A stretch of 64,000 nt of DNA from a virus (Duplodnaviria > Caudoviricetes): the IMG/VR virus record IMGVR_UViG_3300025016_000004, one strand, 5' to 3'. Each line of letters starts with the position of its first letter. Positions within the stretch are counted from its first letter, which is position 1. Position numbers and translations under genes: made by a program. Of this stretch, positions 1-8,101 are shown in pieces. The notes beneath the pieces are model-generated. The model saw nothing but the letters and a program-made list of their open reading frames with translations, was not told where the DNA came from and ran no database searches.

Positions 1-670
1 ACTTGTAAGTGTATTTATTATTATGAACAAGATTAGCTTTTATTATGAATTCTGTGTTTGATAAAGTTAATTTAACTTTTGTAGATTCAATACCACAACT
101 AGGGCAGCCTTTACCTCTAATATGATTATAAGGTTGTTGTTTAAATTCACCATGAATTGGACATATAATTGTAACTTTTGTTTTTGAATCTACATAATTA
201 ACTTTGATGTAATCATATTTATTACCATGGGTATTTTCAGATTTAATTAAAAAATCAGTTAATGTTTCTTTTATATTTTTACGTTCTAAATGACATTTTT
301 GACAACCCGATTTATAATGACCATTTGGTAATTGTTCAAAATCACCATGTTTGGGGCATGTTATTATTAATTTATTTTCAGAACCGTTATACACTGTTTT
401 AGAATAATTATATTTATTACCATGAGTGTTTTTAGCTTTAATTAAAAACTCATCTAAATTAGTAACTTTACCACCACATAAAACACATTTTTTATAACCT
501 CTTAAATGTTCAATAGGTGTTTGTTTAAAATAAATTAAATGTTCATTACATAGGATATCTATTGGTGTTTGACTATCTAGGTAATTCATTTTTGAATAAT
601 CGAATTTATTTTTGAATTTATTTTTAACCTTTTCTAAAAATTTATCAACCTTTTTAATATTTTTTTTCAT
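1..670 (-). CDS. Putative free-standing homing endonuclease, N-terminal Zn-binding CPxHG repeat array (partial, runs off window start)
   Basis: Not in ORF track. Manual reverse-strand translation from ATG at 670 is open to base 1: MKKNIKKVDKFLEKVKNKF...ILCNEH...ITCPKHGDF...IICPIHGEFKQQPYNHIRGKGCPSC. Same repeat unit as ORF 33305-34930. Confidence 0.8.
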   Translation of the reverse strand, partial: MKKNIKKVDKFLEKVKNKFKNKFDYSKMNYLDSQTPIDILCNEHLIYFKQTPIEHLRGYKKCVLCGGKVTNLDEFLIKAKNTHGNKYNYSKTVYNGSENKLIITCPKHGDFEQLPNGHYKSGCQKCHLERKNIKETLTDFLIKSENTHGNKYDYIKVNYVDSKTKVTIICPIHGEFKQQPYNHIRGKGCPSCGIESTKVKLTLSNTEFIIKANLVHNNKYTYK

Positions 671-746
671 TTTTTTTATATTTATTATTAAATAACAATT
701 AGTATTTTACAATGATACTACAAAAAATTTAAAAAAACAAGAAAAT

Positions 747-1235
747 ATGTCAGATTTATTGATGAAAATGCCCGTACCATACGAGCCTAAGAAAAAAAAT
801 AGATGGTTAATGAGATTTCCAGCCGAATTAGGTATTCAACAATGGTGGTTGCAATCAGCATCACGTCCTTCAATAGAACAAAATGAAGTGGAGATTCCTT
901 TCTTGAATACTTCAACTTGGGTTATTGGTAGATTTACTTGGTCAACAATAGACGTTGTTTTCAGGGATGCAATTGGACCTTCATCTTCTCAAGCTATTAT
1001 GGAATGGGTAAGATTACAATCTGAGTCAGTAACTGGAAGACAAGGTTACGCTGCTGGATATAAAAAAGACGTTGAAATTGAAATGTTAGACCCAACTGGT
1101 GTTGTTGTTGAAAAATGGCAATTACAAGGAACGATGTTAACAAATGTTGGTTTTGGTGATTTAGCAATGGATGATGATGGTATCGCAGATATCACAGCTA
1201 CATTGAGATTTGACAGAGCAATATTAATATTCTAG
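747..1235 (+). CDS. Tail tube protein (T4 gp19-like)
   Basis: 162 aa; PYEPKKKNRW, GRFTWSTIDVVFRD and EKWQLQG motifs, C-terminal LRFDRAIL; lies upstream of chaperone and tape-measure genes. Confidence 0.8.
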   Translation: MSDLLMKMPVPYEPKKKNRWLMRFPAELGIQQWWLQSASRPSIEQNEVEIPFLNTSTWVIGRFTWSTIDVVFRDAIGPSSSQAIMEWVRLQSESVTGRQGYAAGYKKDVEIEMLDPTGVVVEKWQLQGTMLTNVGFGDLAMDDDGIADITATLRFDRAILIF

Positions 1236-1390
1236 TATCATACTGATTATCAGTTAGTTACAAATTAAAAAGTAAAATAGCTACGTCAAATATTAGGATT
1301 CTAAAATTTCAAATAATGATATACAATATGTCATGTGGTTTGAAATGAAAATAAACGGTTTAGGACCGATTATAGTCAAACGGCTATTAA

Positions 1391-1427
1391 AATCACTTAA
1401 GTTTCGCTACCTAAGTGATTTTTTTTT
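1391..1427 (+). terminator. Intrinsic terminator
   Basis: 9-bp stem AATCACTTA/TAAGTGATT followed by a T run. Confidence 0.7.
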
Positions 1428-1428
1428 A

Positions 1429-1435
1429 TATTTAT
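1429..1435 (+). promoter_or_regulatory. TATTTAT putative late-promoter motif
   Basis: 14 nt upstream of ATG 1450; recurrent motif. Confidence 0.5.
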
Positions 1436-1449
1436 ATTAAACAGATTTT

Positions 1450-1812
1450 ATGAAAATACCAATAGTTAAATACAGTGATAAATTCTTAGACTCAATTAGT
1501 TGGTTTATGAAAATAGGTGGCGTTACTTTATGGCCATATATCGTATTAAGAGAAAGATATAATAGCTCACAATATTATAAAAATGTGGCTAAAAAAATTA
1601 TTAATCACGAATCAATTCATATAAAACAACAACAAGAAATGTTAGTGATACCATTTTATTTATGGTATGGTATTGAATGGTTTATAAAACTTTTTAAATA
1701 CGGCACAAAGGCGTATAATAACATTTCATTTGAAAGAGAAGCGCATTCTAATGATGATAACCTAGATTATCTTAATGAAAGAAAATTCTGGGCATGGATT
1801 AAATATATATAA
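1450..1812 (+). CDS. Small HExxH-motif (zincin-like) protein
   Basis: 120 aa; IINHESIHIKQQQE motif, downstream FEREA and a hydrophobic segment. Confidence 0.6.
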   Translation: MKIPIVKYSDKFLDSISWFMKIGGVTLWPYIVLRERYNSSQYYKNVAKKIINHESIHIKQQQEMLVIPFYLWYGIEWFIKLFKYGTKAYNNISFEREAHSNDDNLDYLNERKFWAWIKYI

Positions 1813-1813
1813 A

Positions 1814-1969
1814 ATGACAAGAAGAAATGATAAAAAATCAGCAATGCGTGAAGCTAATAAGAGGTTTCAAGAAAGAATGAATGCTCAAAGTTTATATGCT
1901 GAAGAAAAAGTAGTTAAATACACTATTGTTCCAGATTTATACCCTCAATTGTCTAAAATCTTAAAATAA
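1814..1969 (+). CDS. Hypothetical protein (51 aa)
   Basis: ATG at 1814 directly after the upstream stop (track uses 1775); stop overlaps the next start (TAATG). Confidence 0.5.
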   Translation: MTRRNDKKSAMREANKRFQERMNAQSLYAEEKVVKYTIVPDLYPQLSKILK

Positions 1970-2238
1970 TGAAAACAAAATTAAAGATAACCGAAGCACA
2001 ATTTAAAAGATTAAAAGAAATTTTAATCAAAGAAACTAAATTTAGTTGGGATGGAAGATATGCCAACGAAGATGTGAACGAAATTATGCTGGGTAATGAT
2101 ATGGAATTACCATTAGAAGAAGATTTAGATGAAACATGTGGTTGTCCACTTAACCAACCAGAACCAACAGACGTTAAAAATAGTCAATGGTTTTCAAAAG
2201 AAGATGGTGAAAGAACTATCGATAATATCTACAATTAA
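1969..2238 (+). CDS. Hypothetical protein
   Basis: 89 aa; translationally coupled start; basic N-terminus (KLKITEAQFKRLKE) and acidic C-half. Confidence 0.6.
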   Translation: MKTKLKITEAQFKRLKEILIKETKFSWDGRYANEDVNEIMLGNDMELPLEEDLDETCGCPLNQPEPTDVKNSQWFSKEDGERTIDNIYN

Positions 2239-2299
2239 GAAAAAAAACTTTATTTTAAGTATTTATAGTATATAATATATTTAAATAAGTTTTTATAAA

Positions 2300-3406
2300 A
2301 TGGAAAAACCAAATGTATTCCCAGCATCAAAAATGACTGATGCTATGAAGGAAGCCAATGAAACTGGCACAAAAATAGCTCAACAAGCTAAAGAAGAATT
2401 AGCTATCATCGAAAAACACAAATCTAAAGGTGAAATGGAGGCTCAAGCTCAAATGAATAAAGAAAGTCTTGAGCGTTTAGAAGAACAATTAAGATTAAGA
2501 GATGAATTAATCGCACAAAGAAAGGCTGAAGCTCAAGGTCTAGAAATTGAAGCACCAATTGATGTTAAACCTAAAGTAAGTTATTCACAACCTGAAACAA
2601 AAGCGCATAAAAAAATTGAATTATCTAATGAAGATAGATATGCGGCTTTAAGTACTCCACAAGAAGACGTGCCTTATGACCTACTTAAATTACCAAGTGA
2701 AGGGTTATTATACAAAAAAGGTAAAAGTGCCTTAAAAGTGGCTTATTTGAATGCTATGGATGAGAATATCATTACCAACCCAAATCTTTTAAAGTCAGGA
2801 AAGTTTTTAGAGATATTAATCAATAGAAAAATATTAGATACTAACATTAGATATAAAGATTTACATGTTGGTGATAGAAATGCAATTATGATTTGGTTAC
2901 GTTCTACAGGTTTTGGACCAATGTATAAAATTAAATTGAATGACCCTAACGATGATTATAAAGAATTTGAGGTTGAACTTGATTTATCTAAATTAGGAAT
3001 TAAACATTTAGGTGTAAAACCTGATGAAAATGGTCATTTTACATTTAAATTACCTGTTGCTCAAACAACAATAAAATTTAGACTATTAAATACTGGTGAT
3101 GTTGAAGATATTGAAACTCATTTGGATGAAATGTCTAAAGAAATGGGACCTGAATTTACTGACGCTTCAACATACACACTTTTAAAGCAAGTTGTTGCAG
3201 TTGAAGATGATTATGATTCTGAAACAGTTAAAAACTTTGTTGAACAAAAAATGAGACTTGGAGATGTGAGAGCATTTAGAAAGTATGTGAACGAAATTGA
3301 ATCTGGCATTGATATGAATATCACAGTCGAGACTCCTGGGGGTGGGTCCCTTGCCACGTTTCTTCCCCTTAACTTTTCATTTTTTTGGCCTGACCTTGGA
3401 ATATAA
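2300..3406 (+). CDS. Tail/baseplate-hub assembly chaperone (T4 gp26-like, lambda gpG-equivalent position)
   Basis: 368 aa; LPSEGLLY and AYLNAMDENII motifs, C-terminal FFWPD; lies between tube and tape-measure genes. Confidence 0.7.
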   Translation: MEKPNVFPASKMTDAMKEANETGTKIAQQAKEELAIIEKHKSKGEMEAQAQMNKESLERLEEQLRLRDELIAQRKAEAQGLEIEAPIDVKPKVSYSQPETKAHKKIELSNEDRYAALSTPQEDVPYDLLKLPSEGLLYKKGKSALKVAYLNAMDENIITNPNLLKSGKFLEILINRKILDTNIRYKDLHVGDRNAIMIWLRSTGFGPMYKIKLNDPNDDYKEFEVELDLSKLGIKHLGVKPDENGHFTFKLPVAQTTIKFRLLNTGDVEDIETHLDEMSKEMGPEFTDASTYTLLKQVVAVEDDYDSETVKNFVEQKMRLGDVRAFRKYVNEIESGIDMNITVETPGGGSLATFLPLNFSFFWPDLGI

Positions 3407-3614
3407 GAGGCAGTTATTGGAAGAAATTTATGTTTGTAGACAACATTTAGGGTTTTCTTATGAAGATTTAATGAGAATGCCAACTTATGAAAGACGATTC
3501 TTTATGGTTACGTTACAAAACGAAGCTATTGACGCTGAAGAACGTAGAAGTAGTGGTTCTAGAGTTACAAAAACAGGTAAATGGTCACAAACTAGGAAAT
3601 ATTCACCTAAATAA
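3381..3614 (+). CDS. gp51-like / gpT-like chaperone segment, probably expressed by frameshift from 2300..3406
   Basis: +1 frame reads FFGLTLEYKRQLLEEI...GFSYEDLMRMPTYERRFF. No ATG lies upstream of the conserved part (the track uses GTG 3342). The frames overlap at a T7 run (3380-3386). Confidence 0.6.
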   Translation, partial: FFGLTLEYKRQLLEEIYVCRQHLGFSYEDLMRMPTYERRFFMVTLQNEAIDAEERRSSGSRVTKTGKWSQTRKYSPK

Positions 3615-3616
3615 GA

Positions 3617-3642
3617 AAAGCCCTTAATTATTAGGGGTTTTT
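3617..3642 (+). terminator. Intrinsic terminator
   Basis: AAAGCCCTTAA-TTA-TTAGGGGTTTT hairpin right after stop 3614. Confidence 0.6.
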
Positions 3643-3644
3643 AT

Positions 3645-3968
3645 AAAACGGAGCATAAAACCCACCCACCGTTTTTACGTGGGTGGGATATAAGCGACAA
3701 AAAAACTTGACCTTTTAACTATAGAGTTGTATATTTACAAATAATAAGTTATCGATAACCAAGATAACCTGTTCTTTGATGTATGATATGTGGTTGGCAA
3801 ACAAGGTTTTGTTTGCCATAAAATCATGGAAAGCAAATGAAAAGAATTTTCATGTCTGAATGCGGGACGCATTTCGGACAATAAGCAAAAACAAGTGGAG
3901 GTGTTGTCGTTGGGCAAGTCAATGAAACTTGAAGCCCATCCATCACGAAGTGTGGATGGGTAGTTCAC
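3645..3968 (+). mobile_element. Non-autonomous IS200/IS605-family (TnpB-type) element, 324 bp, no ORF
   Basis: Preceded by TTTAT; left hairpin CCCACCCAC/GTGGGTGGG (3661-3687) with ATAAAA at its foot; right hairpin GCCCATCCA/TGGATGGGT (3934-3961) preceded by TTGAA and ending AGTTCAC; both ends are shared with the element at 60032-60082. Confidence 0.8.
3706..3738 (+). promoter_or_regulatory. Host-type promoter inside the IS605-like element
   Basis: TTGACC-17 bp-TATATT; also reads as cTTG-N20-TAtaTTTAC, a near match to the Bacteroidota -33/-7 pattern. Confidence 0.55.
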
Positions 3969-3988
3969 TAGATATTTATATTAAAACG
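3742..3988 (+). ncRNA. Putative stand-alone TnpB omegaRNA (reRNA) scaffold plus flank-derived guide
   Basis: About 225 nt of consecutive hairpins downstream of the promoter. Retains a frameshifted tnpB-like 3' tail (SECGTH / SDNKQKQVEVLSLGKSMKLEAHP) and ends at TTCAC. The guide would be TAGATATTTATATTAAAACG. Boundaries are inferred. Confidence 0.5.
3973..3979 (+). promoter_or_regulatory. TATTTAT putative late-promoter motif
   Basis: 16 nt upstream of ATG 3996. Confidence 0.5.
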
Positions 3989-3995
3989 ATTCATT

Positions 3996-5216
3996 ATGAG
4001 TGATATGACATACGCATATAAAGTTATGGCTTCATTATTATTAGAAGCTGAACTAAAGGAAGTTTTACCAAATATACAACAAGAAAGTGTAATTAGATTG
4101 GTTTTAAAAGATAAATCTGAAAAAACATTTTTTGTTGAGTCAAATTTAGCTGGTAGAGTTATTATGGTTGATAAAAGTGATGGTAAAGAATACACTTTTA
4201 CCAAAGATGCGATTAGTGATGGTACTTTAACAATTTATAAATATGAAAAAAATTCACCAAGTGGTGAAGGTGCTAAAATCGTATTGAAAGTTGAAGAGTT
4301 TAGTACTGCTAAAAAAGGTGGCGAAATAAAACAAGTAGATATCGTTAAACCTATTGAAGAGAATCGTTTAGAGGAAAGAATGAATGAAATGAATGACATT
4401 ATAAAAACGGCTAAAAAAGGTTCTATAATCAACATTGCTTCAGAAGAAAAAATTGCTGAAAATGATGGTATAACAAATAATATTTTTTTAAGAGTTAATG
4501 AAATTACCCCTAAAAAATTAAGTTGTACGTTAGAAGATATCAATTCTGATGGTGAAAGTACTAAAATTAAAACTTTATTAAATACATTTAAAAATAGAAA
4601 TATATATATCAGCATTAATAGTTTAGTAAAAATTAAAAATAACGATTTAGTGTTAAATCTTTATAGGTCAGATAGAATTGTACAAATTACTGGGTTATTA
4701 AATATTGAAGTAGGTGGCGGTGGGGTTGATAACGGTGATAGTGATTACACACCAATGAGTAAACAAGAATTAATTGATAAAATCAAAAGTAGCCCACATA
4801 GTAAAGAATATTTAGAAGCTATGGATAAAACACCTGATTTTTGGGATACATTAATGAATGCATCACCAAAAGGTGTTAATCAATTAAACCAAATATTAGA
4901 TAAAGAGGTAACTAAAAATTCTTATTTAACCGTAGGAAGGCAAATTCAATTCGAAATAATTTCTGGGTCAGTTATAGTTGACAATAACATTAAATTATTG
5001 AATACTGATAAATTTAGAAGTCATAAATACCCTGGTAAAATAGAAAAAGGTAATATTATAATAAGTGGGCGTAGAAGAAGTACTAATGGACATTGGGAGT
5101 TAAAAATTTTAAAAGATTTAGGTGATGGTAATTTTAAAGTTAGGGTAAGTCATTGTGATATGGACCTTAATTGTAAAATAGTAGAGGATGAAGGCGCAAT
5201 AAGAATTGTTGAATAA
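3996..5216 (+). CDS. Hypothetical protein in tail module
   Basis: 406-aa open frame directly upstream of the tape-measure gene; no motif recognised. Confidence 0.8.
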   Translation: MSDMTYAYKVMASLLLEAELKEVLPNIQQESVIRLVLKDKSEKTFFVESNLAGRVIMVDKSDGKEYTFTKDAISDGTLTIYKYEKNSPSGEGAKIVLKVEEFSTAKKGGEIKQVDIVKPIEENRLEERMNEMNDIIKTAKKGSIINIASEEKIAENDGITNNIFLRVNEITPKKLSCTLEDINSDGESTKIKTLLNTFKNRNIYISINSLVKIKNNDLVLNLYRSDRIVQITGLLNIEVGGGGVDNGDSDYTPMSKQELIDKIKSSPHSKEYLEAMDKTPDFWDTLMNASPKGVNQLNQILDKEVTKNSYLTVGRQIQFEIISGSVIVDNNIKLLNTDKFRSHKYPGKIEKGNIIISGRRRSTNGHWELKILKDLGDGNFKVRVSHCDMDLNCKIVEDEGAIRIVE

Positions 5217-5224
5217 TATAAATA

Positions 5225-7828
5225 ATGGCTAAGAAAAATAAACTACAAGAAGAAGAACTTGCTGCCCATAAAGAGAGGGTTAGATTGATTAATGAAGCGT
5301 CAAAAAGTTTAAATGACTATAATAAGTTATTACACGAAACTGAAAGCCTCAATAAAAATCTATTATACATACAAGGTCAACGTGCTAAACTACAAGAAGA
5401 AGCTAAAAAGCTTCAAGATGAAATAACTAAACGTGAAGCTAACGGTCTTGCATTAACTGATAAAGAAATTGATGCCCGTAAGGTTAAAATAGGGTTAATA
5501 AATAATGAGGTTAATTCACTTACAAACGTTGAAATTCAAGCTGAGAAAAACCTTAAAATACACCAAGATGCAGTAAAAAGTGTTAAAGTCCATGCTTTAA
5601 CTGCAAAAGATATTGTTAGACAAACCAAAGAGTTAGGTAAAATATTATATGACCAACGTCATTATTGGTTAAAACAACAAAAATCTGTTAGAGAGACCGA
5701 ACTTCAAATGGGTATTCTTTCTAACCAAGCTGCTGGATTCAGAGATAACATATATAAATCTTCTATTACTACTGCTAAAATTGGTATTAACACTAAAGAT
5801 TTAGCACAACTTCAAGGTAGATATAGTGACAATATTGGGCGTAGTGTTCAATTATCTGGTGAGCAATTAGAGGCAATGTCTCAATTAGCTAAAGGTACTG
5901 TTTTAGGTGTTGAGGGTGCTGGTGAATTTGCCGCTGAAATGGAAAACTTCAATATTTCAGCAAAAGGTTCCGTAGCATTCGTTGAAGATATGCTTGCTAC
6001 ATCCACTAAAATGGGTGTTTCAAGTGGTAAAGTTATTAAGAATGTTCAAAATAACATGAAAATAGCTAACAAATATGCATTTAAAGGTGGTATTAAAGGT
6101 TTAGGTGAGATGGCTAACCTAGCTACCAAATTTAAAATTGAAATGCAAACTATTGCTGATTTCGCTGAAAACTTAATCACACCTGAAGGTGCGGTAGAAG
6201 CTGCGGCTAAATTACAAGTTTTAGGTGGTGCTTGGGCTAGATTAGGTGACCCATTCGAGTTGATGTATAGAAGTAGAAATGATATGAAAGGGCTAACTCA
6301 AGATATTATCAATGCTACTAAAGAAACGGCTAGATTTGATGAAGCTACTGGTGAAGTTACTATTGACCCAATGGAATTACATAGGTTAAGGGAAGTTGCC
6401 AATGCAACAGGAATGTCATTTGATGAATTAGCTAAATCAGCTAGGGAAGCTGCAAAATTTACTAAAATAGAAAGTGGTATATCTAGTATTTTCAGTGATG
6501 AAGATAAATCATTTATATCAAGTCTTGCTCAATTTGATAAAGATAGTGGTGAGTTCAAGGTTACCATGCAAGTAGGTAACGAAACGGTAACTGAAAGTGT
6601 TGATGCACTTCAAAGAATTACACCTGAAATTGTAAAATCACAACAAGAATACCAGAAAAGTCTTCAAGGAAGAGCTGAAGAAGCGATGACATTCAATGAA
6701 AGATTTGATGCGTTGAAAGATACCTTTAAATCTGGATTATTACCAGCATTTGAAAAGATTTCAGGTGTGATTGAAAGTTTAATTGCTACTTTCAGTCCTA
6801 TGGTCACAAATATAGCTGAATTTATGGCTGAATGGCCAAAAACATTTGCAGCTATTGGTGGTGTAGTTACTGGATTAGCATTGATTGGTAAAGAAGCTTT
6901 ATGGTTTGCTAGAGGTATTAAATTAGGTTTAGGTTTTAATAGTGTTGCTAATGCTGATGGTGGTATTAATAGCCTTTTAGATGATGCTAAAGGTGTTACT
7001 TCTAAACAATGGGGTGGTAAATTATTTGGTAATATGGCTAAAGGTGGTGGATTTAAAGGGTTACTTAGAAATGTAGGTAAAGGTTCAGTTTCTGGTGGTG
7101 CTATTGGTGCTGGTCTTTTAGCTGGTGGTTTAGCTGGTTATAATGAATGGTCTGAAAACAAAGAAGCTGGTATGGATACTGGTGAAAATATACATCGTAC
7201 TGCAATGACTGGCCTTGGTGGTGGCCTTGGTGCTTGGGGTGGTGCTGCTGCTGGTGCTGCAATTGGTTCAATTATTCCTGTAATTGGTACTACTATTGGT
7301 GGTATTGTTGGTGGTATTGTTGGTGGTTGGGGTGGTACTAAACTCGGTGATTTGGCTGGTGATGCTAGATATGGTGGTGAAGGTATGAATTATAGTATGC
7401 CACAAAATGATTTCATTGCTAGACCTAATCAAGATGCAATTCCATTTAATTCAAGTGATACATTGATTGGAGCTAAACCCGATGGACCTATTGATAGAAT
7501 ATTAGATAAAAACGGCATTGCTAAGCCAGGTAAAAATGACGATTCAATTGATAGTTCATCATTAATAAAAGCGATTGAAAAAGGTAAGAACATTGAAAGA
7601 TATATTAGTAAAGAAAAAGCTTATAACCATAGTGGTAGTAAGGTTTTAGTCGAATTTAATAAACCTTTAGCGGTTGAAGGAAAGTTAGAATTAACTACTA
7701 ATGATGGAAGTTTTAAAATTGATTTAAACGACCCATTTTTAATGAGAGAATTGAGTAGGAAGATACAAGAACAATTAACTTCGGCTATTAATGGAGGTAG
7801 AATACCTTCTAACCCAATTGTTGCTTAA
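5225..7828 (+). CDS. Tail tape measure protein
   Basis: 867 aa; N-terminal coiled coil, Ala/Gly-rich helical core, Gly-rich hydrophobic GGLGAWGGAAAG repeats; follows the chaperone genes. Confidence 0.75.
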   Translation: MAKKNKLQEEELAAHKERVRLINEASKSLNDYNKLLHETESLNKNLLYIQGQRAKLQEEAKKLQDEITKREANGLALTDKEIDARKVKIGLINNEVNSLTNVEIQAEKNLKIHQDAVKSVKVHALTAKDIVRQTKELGKILYDQRHYWLKQQKSVRETELQMGILSNQAAGFRDNIYKSSITTAKIGINTKDLAQLQGRYSDNIGRSVQLSGEQLEAMSQLAKGTVLGVEGAGEFAAEMENFNISAKGSVAFVEDMLATSTKMGVSSGKVIKNVQNNMKIANKYAFKGGIKGLGEMANLATKFKIEMQTIADFAENLITPEGAVEAAAKLQVLGGAWARLGDPFELMYRSRNDMKGLTQDIINATKETARFDEATGEVTIDPMELHRLREVANATGMSFDELAKSAREAAKFTKIESGISSIFSDEDKSFISSLAQFDKDSGEFKVTMQVGNETVTESVDALQRITPEIVKSQQEYQKSLQGRAEEAMTFNERFDALKDTFKSGLLPAFEKISGVIESLIATFSPMVTNIAEFMAEWPKTFAAIGGVVTGLALIGKEALWFARGIKLGLGFNSVANADGGINSLLDDAKGVTSKQWGGKLFGNMAKGGGFKGLLRNVGKGSVSGGAIGAGLLAGGLAGYNEWSENKEAGMDTGENIHRTAMTGLGGGLGAWGGAAAGAAIGSIIPVIGTTIGGIVGGIVGGWGGTKLGDLAGDARYGGEGMNYSMPQNDFIARPNQDAIPFNSSDTLIGAKPDGPIDRILDKNGIAKPGKNDDSIDSSSLIKAIEKGKNIERYISKEKAYNHSGSKVLVEFNKPLAVEGKLELTTNDGSFKIDLNDPFLMRELSRKIQEQLTSAINGGRIPSNPIVA

Positions 7829-7962
7829 TTATTTTATCTCTCAAAACCCTTATAAAATAAGGAAAAGTAAAATTTTTTAAAAAAAGTTGAGTTTTTCCTT
7901 GTATTTTTTTAATTTATTTTGTTTTTTATAAAGTATTAATAGAATATATTATATATTAAAAT

Positions 7963-8002
7963 TAATTTAAATACTAATAGTATACTAATTTAAATACTAA
8001 TA
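7963..8002. repeat. 17-bp direct repeat x2 in an AT-rich intergenic region
   Basis: TAATTTAAATACTAATA at 7963-7979 and 7986-8002 (period 23). Confidence 0.7.
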
Positions 8003-8080
8003 TTGCGTTTTTAAGTTTTCAACTAAACCCTACTGTTTTTAATGAATTAAAATTAAAATATAAAAAAAGAGTTAAATTAA

Positions 8081-8087
8081 TATTTAT
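8081..8087 (+). promoter_or_regulatory. TATTTAT putative late-promoter motif
   Basis: 14 nt upstream of ATG 8102. Confidence 0.5.
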
Positions 8088-8101
8088 AATAAAAGAAAAG
8101 C

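Noticed and set aside
1310-1340. dif/Xer-like site
   Set aside because: It only loosely resembles the TAA-N6-TTATG arrangement; arm spacing does not fit.
3342-3380. GTG start for the gp51-like ORF
   Set aside because: It lies inside the upstream gene, the first residues look non-conserved, and the plausible domain starts at the T7 overlap. A frameshift explains it better, though this is not proven.
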